The position numbers and the translations under genes are program-made. Under the pieces are notes generated by a model. It ran no database searches and was not told the DNA's origin. It was given only the letters and a program-made list of their open reading frames with translations. 64,000 nucleotides of DNA from a virus, in the IMG/VR virus record IMGVR_UViG_3300021495_000001, positions 18,536 through 82,535 of that record. The stretch is one strand, 5' to 3'. Below, one piece after another: positions 18,302-27,501 of the stretch. The stretch's first letter is position 1, and every line of letters begins with the position of its first letter.

Positions 18302-18655
18302 ATGACCCGTGAGGAGATGCTTAAAAAATTGTGGGCAGGCGAAGACCCACTTGATTTGAGCATTGGAAAGTGGAGAGATGTAGTCAAGCATTTGAATAAG
18401 ATTACCAGATTTGAGGAATTTAACAAAGAGATTGAGATGGGGGAAGATAATTGTGCATTATGTGAAATGTATTATTATGATGGTGGTTGTATTGAATGTC
18501 CTGTCAGAAAGGCGACTGGTAATGGAGAGTGTCGAGGAACACCTTTTAAGGATTTTGTTAAAGCATGTATAGAGGAAGACCTTGAGGGTATGCGAAAAGC
18601 GGCAACGGCTGAGTTAAAATTCTTAGAAAACTTGAAAGGAGGTAAGGATAGATGA
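18302..18655 (+). CDS. Cys-rich hypothetical protein
   Basis: CALCEMYYYDGGCIECPVRKATGNGEC. Confidence 0.45.
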   Translation: MTREEMLKKLWAGEDPLDLSIGKWRDVVKHLNKITRFEEFNKEIEMGEDNCALCEMYYYDGGCIECPVRKATGNGECRGTPFKDFVKACIEEDLEGMRKAATAELKFLENLKGGKDR

Positions 18656-18732
18656 AAGCATTTGAAGGAATATTATTAAGTGGGTTATTAGGACTTATTT
18701 TGTGGATATTGCTTTTCTTTTTAATTTTTTAG
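18652..18732 (+). CDS. Possible 26-aa membrane peptide
   Basis: MKAFEGILLSGLLGLILWILLFFLIF; ATGA overlap with the previous stop. Confidence 0.2.
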   Translation: MKAFEGILLSGLLGLILWILLFFLIF

Positions 18733-18747
18733 ACTGGGGGGTATCTC

Positions 18748-18933
18748 ATGGAAGTAAAAATTGAAAGAAAGTATATTTTGGAATTGACTGAGGAGGAGGC
18801 TGTATGGTTGAGGGGACTTGTCCAGAACCCCTATCCTACCCAAGGCAACCCTGAGCAGGACCCAGATAAAGAAGACCCTCTTGATAGGGAGATGCGAAAG
18901 AGGTTGTGGGGAGCTTTGTCACGTGAGGCTTAA
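18748..18933 (+). CDS. Hypothetical protein
   Basis: Collinear ORF. Confidence 0.4.
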   Translation: MEVKIERKYILELTEEEAVWLRGLVQNPYPTQGNPEQDPDKEDPLDREMRKRLWGALSREA

Positions 18934-18945
18934 GGAGGTCTGAGC

Positions 18946-20514
18946 ATGCAAAAACCTGATAGGATGATAGAGAGGCGGATAGTGATTGGGATGATAGTTA
19001 GCACTGATTACCTATCTAGGGTGTCCAGAATTTGGTCCCCTGCTTTTTTCACCTCAGACGCTGCACGAATTATCAGCACTTGGTGTATGGAATATTTCAA
19101 CAAATATGCTAAAGCCCCCAACACAGACATAGAAGCCATATTCTATGACAAACTGGCATCTAAAAAAATCCCCCAAGATTTAGCTGAGGAGTTTGAGGAG
19201 GAGATTTTACCAGGGTTGTCAGAGGAGTATGACAGGGAGGGGAAGTTTAACTCGGGTTACCTCTATGACCAGACAGTAAAATATTTTAAAGCACAACAAC
19301 TCCGCCTCCACAGCCAACAGATACAACAGCTTACTGAACAGGGACGGTATGATGAGGCAGAGAAGCTGGCGCAAGAGTTTAAACCCACTGTGTTAGATGA
19401 GGTTAGCATCGGGTTGGATTTAGCAAGTGAGGAAGCACAGGAGCGGGTAGAACGGGCGTTTAATGCTGAACTCCAGCATCTAATCAACTACCCTGGTGCA
19501 TTGGGGGACATGTGGAATGACCATTTGGTGAGAGGGGGCTTTGTGGGATTGATGGGGCCTGAAAAGCGGGGGAAGACCATGTGGTTAATAGAGCTAGCTA
19601 TGCGTGCAGTGAGACAAAAATGTAATGTGGCTTTTTTTGAAGCAGGGGATATGTCTGAGCCACAAATACTGAGGCGGATATGTATCTATATAGCTAAGAA
19701 ATCAGATAGACTGCGGTATTGTGAGGAGTTTTATAAGCCTGTGGGGGATTGTGCTAAGAACCAGTTGGACAAATGCCAGCGGTCTGACCGTAACTGTAAT
19801 TTTGGTGCATTGGCTGAGGTGTTTCCTAATACATCTGTGAAAGATCTGAGGGGGCAGTTGAAATATGATGAGCTGGTAGAGATAGTAAAAGAGAACCCAG
19901 ACTATGAGCCTTGTGATAGTAGCAAATGTGATGAGCGGGTGGGTAGTATTTGGTTGGTGCGTGTGCCTAAAAAGAGGCCACTGACAGGGCAAGAGGCAAA
20001 GAAGCATCTAAAAAAGTTTTTTACTAAATACAAACGCCATTTTAAACTGATGGTCTATCCAGCAGACACACTAACAGTAGCGGAGATGAAGAGGTGTCTT
20101 GATGTATGGGAAAGGCAGGAGGGGTTTGTGCCTGATGTGATTTGTGTTGACTATGCGGATCTCTTAACAGCACCAGTAAGGGAGTTTCGCCACCGACAGG
20201 ACTACATCTGGAAAAACTTGCGGGCATTGTCTTTGGAAAGACATTGTCTAGTGTTAACAGCCACACAGGCAGATGCAGAAAGCTATAAAGCTAACCGTTT
20301 ACAGCTGTCCAACTTCAGTGAGGACAAGCGTAAGTATGCCCATGTGACAGCTATGTATGGGCTAAACCAAGACCCAGAGGGAAGGGAGAAAGAGTTAGGG
20401 ATAATGCGGATAAATGAGCTAGTAGTGAGGGAAGGAGAGTTTAGCCCTGTTAATGAGGTGACGGTGCTTCAGTGTTTGAGAATGGGGCGGGCTTTTTTGG
20501 AGAGTTATAAATAG
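18946..20514 (+). CDS. DnaB-like replicative helicase (RecA-fold ATPase)
   Basis: Walker A GLMGPEKRGKTMWLIELA, Walker B-like VICVDYADLL, LVLTATQADAES. Confidence 0.65.
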   Translation: MQKPDRMIERRIVIGMIVSTDYLSRVSRIWSPAFFTSDAARIISTWCMEYFNKYAKAPNTDIEAIFYDKLASKKIPQDLAEEFEEEILPGLSEEYDREGKFNSGYLYDQTVKYFKAQQLRLHSQQIQQLTEQGRYDEAEKLAQEFKPTVLDEVSIGLDLASEEAQERVERAFNAELQHLINYPGALGDMWNDHLVRGGFVGLMGPEKRGKTMWLIELAMRAVRQKCNVAFFEAGDMSEPQILRRICIYIAKKSDRLRYCEEFYKPVGDCAKNQLDKCQRSDRNCNFGALAEVFPNTSVKDLRGQLKYDELVEIVKENPDYEPCDSSKCDERVGSIWLVRVPKKRPLTGQEAKKHLKKFFTKYKRHFKLMVYPADTLTVAEMKRCLDVWERQEGFVPDVICVDYADLLTAPVREFRHRQDYIWKNLRALSLERHCLVLTATQADAESYKANRLQLSNFSEDKRKYAHVTAMYGLNQDPEGREKELGIMRINELVVREGEFSPVNEVTVLQCLRMGRAFLESYK

Positions 20515-20524
20515 AAAATTTTAT

Positions 20525-20566
20525 CATTAAGGAAATGGGGCAGAACGAGTATAATAAATATAGAGG
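20525..20566 (+). promoter_or_regulatory. Conserved phage promoter-like motif, copy 2
   Basis: CATTAAGGAAATGGGGCAGAACGAGTATAATAAATATAGAGG. Confidence 0.55.
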
Positions 20567-20589
20567 AGAGGAATAAAGGAGGAGCAAAA

Positions 20590-21177
20590 ATGAAAAAGAC
20601 AGAAATTACGAAGGAAGAGTTAGCTTATGTGGCAAAAGAGATGACAGAGTACATGCAACTAGAGCCACCAATTGAGGTTGATGGAAGTATAGAGGAGCTA
20701 AAAAGTGAAGTAGAGGAGGCTGCTGAGCTGATTGAGGAGGGGGATGAGTTTACGGAGAGAACAATAAAGGTGTTAAAGGCCTTAGGGGTGGACTTGCCTG
20801 AAGGGATTGGGGTGAAAAAGACCCAAGAGGAGAGCAAAGAGGACGCCCCAGTAAGTAAACCCCCAGCACCAGTTAAGAAAGAGAAAAAGAAAGAGGAAAG
20901 TCCACAGAAGGTAAAAATGTCAAAACCAAAGCTACAGGTGGTAAAGAAAGCTCAACAAGGGCAAAAAACACGGGCACAGGTGATGGCTGAGATAGTAAGG
21001 AGTACAAGGAAGAAACCACTTAGCACTAAGGAAATGATTGAGAGGATGAAAAAGGTATATGGTGGAAGTGAAAAGGAAGCTGTGTATCAGGTTAGGCATT
21101 ACATTGGGTTATTGGTGGCGCTTAGCCTCCTGTCTGTGAATGATAAAGGCAAATATACATATACTATTACTTCCTAG
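20590..21177 (+). CDS. Hypothetical acidic/Lys-rich protein with C-terminal winged-helix-like region
   Basis: Collinear ORF, first after motif copy 2. Confidence 0.45.
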   Translation: MKKTEITKEELAYVAKEMTEYMQLEPPIEVDGSIEELKSEVEEAAELIEEGDEFTERTIKVLKALGVDLPEGIGVKKTQEESKEDAPVSKPPAPVKKEKKKEESPQKVKMSKPKLQVVKKAQQGQKTRAQVMAEIVRSTRKKPLSTKEMIERMKKVYGGSEKEAVYQVRHYIGLLVALSLLSVNDKGKYTYTITS

Positions 21178-21187
21178 CTAACTGCAT

Positions 21188-22894
21188 ATGAGAGAGCTTG
21201 GCCATAAAGGGTTTTTTGACATAAAACCACACCAGAGGGGGCTTGCTGGGCAGTTTTTACTCCCCCCCTTCTCTGTCCTCCACACCTACACGGGTGAGTG
21301 GAAGAGGAGGAAACAACAATGGCTTGCACTTGGGATTAAGGGGGAAGTAGGAAGAGAATGTAGAGTTTATACTAATCGTGAGTGGGTAAGAAAAAAACTA
21401 CCACATGAAAAAGGGCTCTGTGTGAATTTAACTGCAGGAGGGGTTAGTGTATTTGACCCTGTCCTATGTGAGCTAATGTATAGTTGGTTTTGCCCTAAAG
21501 GTGGTGGCATCTTAGACCCCTTTGCTGGTGGGTCAGTGCGTGGTGTGGTGGCCTCTTGTATGGGGTATAAATACTATGGCTGTGAGATCTGCCCTGAGCA
21601 AGTGCAGGCTAATAGAGAGCAGGCAGTTGAGATTTTTGGAAGGTATGGAGTAGATAGCTTAACACCTGTTCAATATATTATAGATGGTGTTTACTTAAAA
21701 AGGGATGATTATTTTAATGTTTTGGGTTTGAGGGGTGGGAAAGTAAGGACGGCGTACACTTTGTTGAAGAAGGCAGATAGCAACACTATTGTAACTGCTG
21801 GTGCAAGGCAGAGCCCACAGATAGCAATTGTCTCTGCATTATCATATTGGCTAGGCAAAACCTGCCATTGTTTTGTCCCAACTGGTGAAGAGACAGAGAT
21901 GATTAATATAGCAAGGTATTTTAAAGCAAAAGTACATAAGGTAATGCCAGGCCGTAACAGTGTCCTCATATCAAGAGCAGTAGAGTTTGCCAAGAAAAGA
22001 GAGTTTTGCTATATCCCTTTTGGCATGGAGTGTGAGGAGGCAGTTGAGGAGACAGCAAAACAGGTGCAAAACCTCCCTTTTGATAAAATCAATAAAATTG
22101 TCCTCCCTGTTGGTTCAGGTATGAGCTTGGCTGGGGTTATTACTGGGTTAAAGAGACTTGGTATTAAAAAGAAAGTATTAGGTATTGTAGTAGGTGCAAA
22201 CCCAGAAAGGAGGCTTGATAAATTTGCACCAAGCTGGGAGGACTATGTTGAGCTCATCAGAGTGGGTAAGCAGTATCATGAGGAGGAGAGAGTGGATGAG
22301 AAGTGGGGTGTTCATTTTGATAAAATTTATGAAGCTAAATGTTTAGGCTTCGTAGAAAAAGGAGACCTGTTTTGGGTTGTTGGTATGAGACCTAAACTTG
22401 AGGAGGTTGTGGGTGAGAATTACCCAAAGTGGATTGTTGGTGATAGTAATAAGGTGTTAGATGGGCTGATAGAAAAGGGGGTAAAGTATGATTTTATCTT
22501 TACCTGCCCACCATATGGTAATTTAGAAGTGTATAGTGACTTGGAAGGTGATATTAGTAATATACAAAGTTATGATAAGTTTTTGGAGGCTTACAGTAGT
22601 ATAATCCATAAGGCTTGCCATTGTCTAAGGCAGAACCGTTTTGCTTGTTTTGTGGTAGCTAACTATAGAGATAAAAAGGGGTTTTACCATGATTTTGTGG
22701 GTGATACCATACGGGCATTTGAAGAGTGTGGGGCGCATTTTTATAATGAGTTGATTTTGGTGACACCCCCGGGTAGCCTTCCTGTGCGTGCAGGGAGGGT
22801 CTTTAGTAGCACAAGGAAGGTAGGCAAGATGCACCAGAATGTTTTGGTTTTTTATAAAGGTGATGTTAAAAAAATAAAAGAGATTTTTAAGTGA
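21188..22894 (+). CDS. DNA N4/N6-methyltransferase interrupted by a PLP-dependent (ACC deaminase / D-cysteine desulfhydrase-like) domain
   Basis: MTase motif I region FDPVLCELMYSWFCPKGGGILDPFAGGSVRG (aa ~90-120). MTase motif IV DFIFTCPPYGNLEVYSD (aa ~445). Between them: KRDDYFNVLGLRGGKVR, TAGARQSPQIAIVSALSYWLGKTCHCFV and VLPVGSGMSLAGVITGL, matching fold-type II PLP enzyme landmarks. Confidence 0.6.
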   Translation: MRELGHKGFFDIKPHQRGLAGQFLLPPFSVLHTYTGEWKRRKQQWLALGIKGEVGRECRVYTNREWVRKKLPHEKGLCVNLTAGGVSVFDPVLCELMYSWFCPKGGGILDPFAGGSVRGVVASCMGYKYYGCEICPEQVQANREQAVEIFGRYGVDSLTPVQYIIDGVYLKRDDYFNVLGLRGGKVRTAYTLLKKADSNTIVTAGARQSPQIAIVSALSYWLGKTCHCFVPTGEETEMINIARYFKAKVHKVMPGRNSVLISRAVEFAKKREFCYIPFGMECEEAVEETAKQVQNLPFDKINKIVLPVGSGMSLAGVITGLKRLGIKKKVLGIVVGANPERRLDKFAPSWEDYVELIRVGKQYHEEERVDEKWGVHFDKIYEAKCLGFVEKGDLFWVVGMRPKLEEVVGENYPKWIVGDSNKVLDGLIEKGVKYDFIFTCPPYGNLEVYSDLEGDISNIQSYDKFLEAYSSIIHKACHCLRQNRFACFVVANYRDKKGFYHDFVGDTIRAFEECGAHFYNELILVTPPGSLPVRAGRVFSSTRKVGKMHQNVLVFYKGDVKKIKEIFK

Positions 22895-22906
22895 GAGGGG
22901 TAGTAT

Positions 22907-23003
22907 ATGTGGCCGTGCTGAGTTTTACCCTCCCTCCTCTACTACACCTCCTTCCCCTGTTTACAGACAGGGTTTAGGGAGTGGGTTTTGTAGGCACGGC
23001 CAT
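22907..23003 (+). ncRNA. Structured intergenic element (long nested hairpin followed by T-run) with anti-SD segment
   Basis: Outer stem GGCCGTGC (22911-18) / GCACGGCC (22994-23001), then ATTTTTT. Inner ACCC-TCCCT / AGGGA-gt-GGGT. Apical CCCTGT-ttacag-ACAGGG. CCTCCTT (22947-53) is complementary to the clamp SD AAGGAGG (23011-17). Confidence 0.4.
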
Positions 23004-23022
23004 TTTTTACAAGGAGGAACAA

Positions 23023-24060
23023 ATGGAAAGAGAAAAGTTATTAAAAGCATTAGAGGTTGTTAGACCAGGGCTGTCAAACAAAGGTTTTATAGAGCAGATG
23101 GGTTGTTTTATTTTTACAGGGGATAGAGTGGTTACTTACAATGATGAAATTACCATTACCCACCCTCTACAAACAGGAATAACGGGGGCAGTGAGAGCAG
23201 AACAACTGTATAAGTTGCTTGGTAAACTACCTGACCACCGTATTAGGCTTAGGGCAACTGAAACAGAGCTGTTGGTGTCTGATGGGAAAATTAAAGCAGG
23301 CATCCCTTTACAAACAGAGATAGAACTCCCCCTTCTGGATTATAGCAAGATAAAGGGCTGGGTGAAAATACCAGAGGGCTTTTTAGAAGCAGTTAAATTT
23401 TGCCTCTTTTCATGTGCTAGAGACATCACCACCCCACAATTGTCTTGTATTTATGTTAATAAAAAAGGGGGGTCAGTGGAGTCCACAGATAATTTCCGTC
23501 TTACCAGGGTTAATGTGGGGGGGCTTGATGCGTTCCCTGCCTCTTTCTTACTCCCTGTCCATGCAGCGGAGGGAGTATTTGCCAATGAGGGGGGAGTGGA
23601 AGAGATAGCAGTGGGGGAGAACTGGGTGCATTTTAGGTTGGGTAACCAGTGTATGTTTAGTGCTAGGACTTATACAGAAGTCCAATATCCTAATCTTTCA
23701 GAGGTCATCCATCAGTTTGAACAAAAAAAAGAGAAGGTAAAAATCACTTTACCAAAAACCCTTCCTGACATCCTCCAGCGAGCAATGATATTTGCTGGTG
23801 ACAGTGGGACTGAACGGGTTACAGTGTCTGTATTGTCAGGGAAGATGGAAGTGAGGGCAGAGGGAGTAAATGGATGGTTTAAAGAAGTGGATGAGGTGGA
23901 CTATGAGGGGGAGACAGTAGTGTTTCGTATTAACCCTCATTATCTAGCTGATATATGTGAGAAGACTAATTATCTTGAGGTAACTGATAGGCTAGCAGGA
24001 TTTAGAAGTGAAGAGTGGATACATATTGTGGCATTGATGTCTGAGAAGGAGGAGACATAG
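23023..24060 (+). CDS. DNA polymerase sliding clamp (beta-clamp/DnaN-like)
   Basis: MEREKLLKALEVVRPGLSNKG...FTGDRVVTYNDEITITH...LYKLLGKLPDHRIRL...LLVSDGKIKAGIPL follows the DnaN domain-I pattern. Size ~345 aa. A clamp loader is encoded nearby. Start set at the ATG after AAGGAGG rather than the track GTG at 22981. Confidence 0.55.
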   Translation: MEREKLLKALEVVRPGLSNKGFIEQMGCFIFTGDRVVTYNDEITITHPLQTGITGAVRAEQLYKLLGKLPDHRIRLRATETELLVSDGKIKAGIPLQTEIELPLLDYSKIKGWVKIPEGFLEAVKFCLFSCARDITTPQLSCIYVNKKGGSVESTDNFRLTRVNVGGLDAFPASFLLPVHAAEGVFANEGGVEEIAVGENWVHFRLGNQCMFSARTYTEVQYPNLSEVIHQFEQKKEKVKITLPKTLPDILQRAMIFAGDSGTERVTVSVLSGKMEVRAEGVNGWFKEVDEVDYEGETVVFRINPHYLADICEKTNYLEVTDRLAGFRSEEWIHIVALMSEKEET

Positions 24061-24104
24061 GCGGCCTTTTTTGTGTAGTAACCAATCAAAGGAGGTGTAA
24101 TGAT

Positions 24105-24278
24105 ATGGGTTATGAGAGGGTTTACGTATACAAAAACTATGAGGACATTGTTGTGGTGGTAGCAGATAGCAAAGAACAAGCACAGGAGAAAATTAAGGAA
24201 AGGTTTGGGGGGATATATAATGCTAGACTAGAAGACATAAAAACATTGGATGAGTTTATAGAACAGTTTCGTATATGA
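24105..24278 (+). CDS. Small hypothetical protein (57 aa), paralog of the C-terminus of 24319 ORF
   Basis: MGYERVYVYKNYEDIVVVVADSKEQAQEKIKERF...LDEFIEQF versus KIYVYVDFEDIAVAIADSKEDALKKF...LDEFIERF. Confidence 0.35.
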   Translation: MGYERVYVYKNYEDIVVVVADSKEQAQEKIKERFGGIYNARLEDIKTLDEFIEQFRI

Positions 24279-24318
24279 AACTGAGAAGTGAAGAGAAAGA
24301 GAACAAGAGGGGACTAAT

Positions 24319-24651
24319 ATGAAAGAATGGGATTTTTTAGAAAGAATAGCTAATGAGCTTTTGCAAACCCTTTATCAAAGAATGTGGTTTAGGGGTTGGG
24401 ATGTTTATAGTGAGGATTGGGCTGTTGAAAGAATAAAACATGCGCTGGAGAAGGCAATAGAGGAAAATAGGAAGGGAAAAATTTATGTATATGTGGATTT
24501 TGAGGATATAGCTGTAGCAATAGCAGACAGTAAAGAAGATGCATTAAAGAAATTCATGGAAAAGTCTGAAGGAATATGGGATGAGGTGGAATGTGTACTG
24601 GCGTTGGATGAGTTCATAGAGCGGTTTCTTGTAGGAAAAGCAAAAAAGTAG
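24319..24651 (+). CDS. Hypothetical protein
   Basis: Collinear ORF. Confidence 0.45.
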   Translation: MKEWDFLERIANELLQTLYQRMWFRGWDVYSEDWAVERIKHALEKAIEENRKGKIYVYVDFEDIAVAIADSKEDALKKFMEKSEGIWDEVECVLALDEFIERFLVGKAKK

Positions 24652-24659
24652 GAATACAA

Positions 24660-27242
24660 GTGGGCTTTTTCAACCTAGTAAGTGAAAAAACTAGAGGTGG
24701 CTGTGTTTCCTGTGGCTTATATAAAAATGCAACTAACCCCCAGATAAAGCCATACGGCCATTTTAAACTAGGCATTCTAAATGTAGGCCAAAGCCCTGGT
24801 GAGGTAGAAGATAGAAGAGGGAAGCCTTGGCAGGGGAGAGCTGGACGGGTGCTTAGACAGGCATATAGAGAGCTAGGGGTGTCCTTGTTCAGGGATTGCC
24901 TAAACATTAATGCAGTGAACTGCCGTCCAATAGACAAAAAAGGCAATAACAGAACCCCCACAAATAATGAGATTAACTGTTGCCGTCCACGAGTGCTGAG
25001 AACCATTAAGGAGAACCACCCCAAAGTGATTGTCCTCTTAGGTGGTGAAGCAGTGCAGAGTGTAATAGGCCATAGATGGAAAAAGGACTTAGGGGGGATA
25101 ATGAAATGGAGGGGGTGGTGTATACCAGATAGAGACCTGCATGCATGGGTCTGCCCTGTCTTCCACCCCAGCTATGTTATGAGGCAGGAGAGGGAGGATG
25201 TGGCATGGACAGTATGGAGGCAGGATTTAGAGAGAGCTTTAGGTATGATACATACCCCTTTCCCCACTTTTACTGAAGAAAGAGAAAAGGTAAGAATAGT
25301 AAAACAACCAAGGGCGTTATTTGAAAAGCTGAGAAAAGAAACTCCATCTATGAACCCACCATACCTAGCCTTTGATATAGAGACAACTGGAATAAAGCCG
25401 TATGACAAACAAAACCATCAGGTAGTTTGCATGTCTTTTTGTAATAGCCCAGATATTGTTTATGTCACCCCAGCACCAATTGAGAGGGCTGATGTAGAGG
25501 CTCTAAAAAAATTGCTAGAGGATAAGAGGATTGGAAAGATTGCACATAATATGAAGTTTGAAGGAACATGGATGAAGGTAATGTATGGGATAGAGGTAAG
25601 AGGGTGGGTATGGGATAGCATGATAGCTGCACATGTTTTAGACAACCGCCCAGATATAACAGGGCTTAAGTTTCAGGTGTATATCCGTTTTGGGATACCA
25701 GATTATGATAGTGAGATTACACCATACCTGAGGGGAAAAGACCCCAAAAATGCTAACTCAGTGAATAGAATTATGGAGCTGGTGAGGTCTCCTGTGGGCT
25801 TTACTAAGTTGATGAACTATTGTGGGCTGGATAGCTTGTTTACTTACCAGCTAGCAATAAAACAGATGAAAGAGATAAAACAGTATGAGAAAGGTTATGG
25901 ATTATTTCATAATGGTGCTTTAGCATTAATGCGAGCAGAGTGGGCTGGAATGAGGGTGGATGTAGAGTATTGTAAACGAAAAAAGAGACTTTTGTCCAAA
26001 AAGGTCAATTTCTACCAACATAAACTGGAAGAGACTAAACTGGCTCAGTTATGGAAAAAGAGATTTAGGGATAAGGTGAACTGGAACAGCAACCAGCAGT
26101 TATCCCATATTCTTTACCATGTCATGAAAATAACTCCACCCAAGCTAACTGCCACAGGGGCTGGTGCAACAGATAATGAGGCATTGGAAAAGATAAATGT
26201 CCCTGGGGTGGGTTTGATATTGCAGATCCGTAGACTGAAAAAAATCCGAGACACCTACCTAGAGGCTTTTCTGAGAGAACAAGTAGGGGGCTGGATGCAT
26301 CCCCATTTTGACCTGCACACAGTGCGTAGCTACCGTAGCTCTAGCTCTTCCCCTAATTTCCAAAATATACCTAATCGGGATAGAGAGGCAATGAAAATAT
26401 GCCGAGGGGCTATATACCCACGGCCAGGGCACTTGATATTAGCCCCTGATTTCAGTGGGATAGAGGTGATGGTTGCCTGCTGTTACACAAAGGATGAGCG
26501 GCTGATTTATGATGCTGTCCATGGGGATATGCATAGGGATATGGCAATGGAGCTGTATATGTTAGATAGCCTAGACAAACACCACCCTGGTGAAAAGAAT
26601 TTCCGCCAAGGGGGGAAGAACGGGTTTGTATTCCCCCAATTTTATGGAGATTATTATATGAACTGCGCCCAGGGGCTGTTAGAGTGGGCGAAAGTGGCAT
26701 ATCGCAGGGATGGCACACCAGGGTTGGTGCATCTTCAGGATAAAGGATTGGTTAAGTTGGATAAAAAAGGTGAGATAAAAAGCTGTGATAAATTTATTGA
26801 GCATGTACGGGCAGTGGAAGACCAGTTTTGGAATGTAAGGTATAAAGGGTACACAGAATGGAAAGAGAGAACCTGGAGGGAATATCAAAAGAAGGGCTAT
26901 GTGGAGATGTTTACTGGATTTAGATGTGGCGGGGTGATGCGGAGAAACGAAGTATTAAACATCCCCATACAAGGCTCAGCTTTTCACTGCTTGTTGTGGT
27001 CTTTTATTGAAATTGGCAGGATAAGTGAAGAGGAAGGGTGGGATAGCAGATTATTCGGGGAGATACATGATGAGATGCTGATTGACACCCACCCAGAAGA
27101 ACTTGAACATGTAAAGAAGACAGTAGAGAGGGTAACCACGGTAGAGCTACCCAAGGCTTTTTCATGGATAATTGTTCCATTGAAAGTAGAAATAGAAGTA
27201 CATCCTGTAGATGGTTGTTGGGCAAAGAAAGAAAGTCATTAA
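24660..27242 (+). CDS. Family A DNA polymerase with 3'-5' exonuclease and N-terminal family-4 UDG-like domain
   Basis: UDG-like: CVSCGL, GQSPGEVEDRRGKPWQGRAGRVL, FHPSYVMR. Exo: LAFDIETTG, HNMKFE, YCGLDSL. Pol: motif A APDFSGIEVMV, motif B RQGGKNGFVFPQFYG, motif C EIHDEMLID. Confidence 0.9.
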   Translation: MGFFNLVSEKTRGGCVSCGLYKNATNPQIKPYGHFKLGILNVGQSPGEVEDRRGKPWQGRAGRVLRQAYRELGVSLFRDCLNINAVNCRPIDKKGNNRTPTNNEINCCRPRVLRTIKENHPKVIVLLGGEAVQSVIGHRWKKDLGGIMKWRGWCIPDRDLHAWVCPVFHPSYVMRQEREDVAWTVWRQDLERALGMIHTPFPTFTEEREKVRIVKQPRALFEKLRKETPSMNPPYLAFDIETTGIKPYDKQNHQVVCMSFCNSPDIVYVTPAPIERADVEALKKLLEDKRIGKIAHNMKFEGTWMKVMYGIEVRGWVWDSMIAAHVLDNRPDITGLKFQVYIRFGIPDYDSEITPYLRGKDPKNANSVNRIMELVRSPVGFTKLMNYCGLDSLFTYQLAIKQMKEIKQYEKGYGLFHNGALALMRAEWAGMRVDVEYCKRKKRLLSKKVNFYQHKLEETKLAQLWKKRFRDKVNWNSNQQLSHILYHVMKITPPKLTATGAGATDNEALEKINVPGVGLILQIRRLKKIRDTYLEAFLREQVGGWMHPHFDLHTVRSYRSSSSSPNFQNIPNRDREAMKICRGAIYPRPGHLILAPDFSGIEVMVACCYTKDERLIYDAVHGDMHRDMAMELYMLDSLDKHHPGEKNFRQGGKNGFVFPQFYGDYYMNCAQGLLEWAKVAYRRDGTPGLVHLQDKGLVKLDKKGEIKSCDKFIEHVRAVEDQFWNVRYKGYTEWKERTWREYQKKGYVEMFTGFRCGGVMRRNEVLNIPIQGSAFHCLLWSFIEIGRISEEEGWDSRLFGEIHDEMLIDTHPEELEHVKKTVERVTTVELPKAFSWIIVPLKVEIEVHPVDGCWAKKESH

Positions 27243-27278
27243 GGAAATGGAGAAAAATGAGTATAATAATATAGAGGG
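27237..27278 (+). promoter_or_regulatory. Conserved phage promoter-like motif, copy 3
   Basis: CATTAAGGAAATGGAGAAAAATGAGTATAATAATATAGAGGG; it starts on the last sense codon plus stop (CAT TAA) of the polymerase gene. Confidence 0.55.
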
Positions 27279-27288
27279 GTAGAAATAA

Positions 27289-27501
27289 GTGAGTGCCCAA
27301 AATTTTGAAATAGGTGACATTGTAGAAATTTTACCTTGTCTATTAGGGGAAATATATGATATTGTGGGGAGAAGGGCAAAAGTGATTGGATTTATTTCCT
27401 CTCCCAACATAACAACTGCAATTAAAGTAGAGATAGGTGATAGCATATTCTTTCTGCATCCAATGGAATTAAAGAAGATTAAAGGAGGAAGTTATGAGTA
27501 A
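27289..27501 (+). CDS. Small SH3/KOW-like protein, paralog family member
   Basis: GTG start; FEIGDIVEILP...RRAKVIGF...VEIGDSIFFLHPMELKKI. Confidence 0.45.
   Translation: MSAQNFEIGDIVEILPCLLGEIYDIVGRRAKVIGFISSPNITTAIKVEIGDSIFFLHPMELKKIKGGSYE

Noticed and set aside
22981-23022. Track start (GTG at 22981) for the sliding-clamp ORF
   Set aside because: That start falls inside the structured intergenic hairpin and lacks an SD. The ATG at 23023 is preceded by AAGGAGG at optimal spacing.
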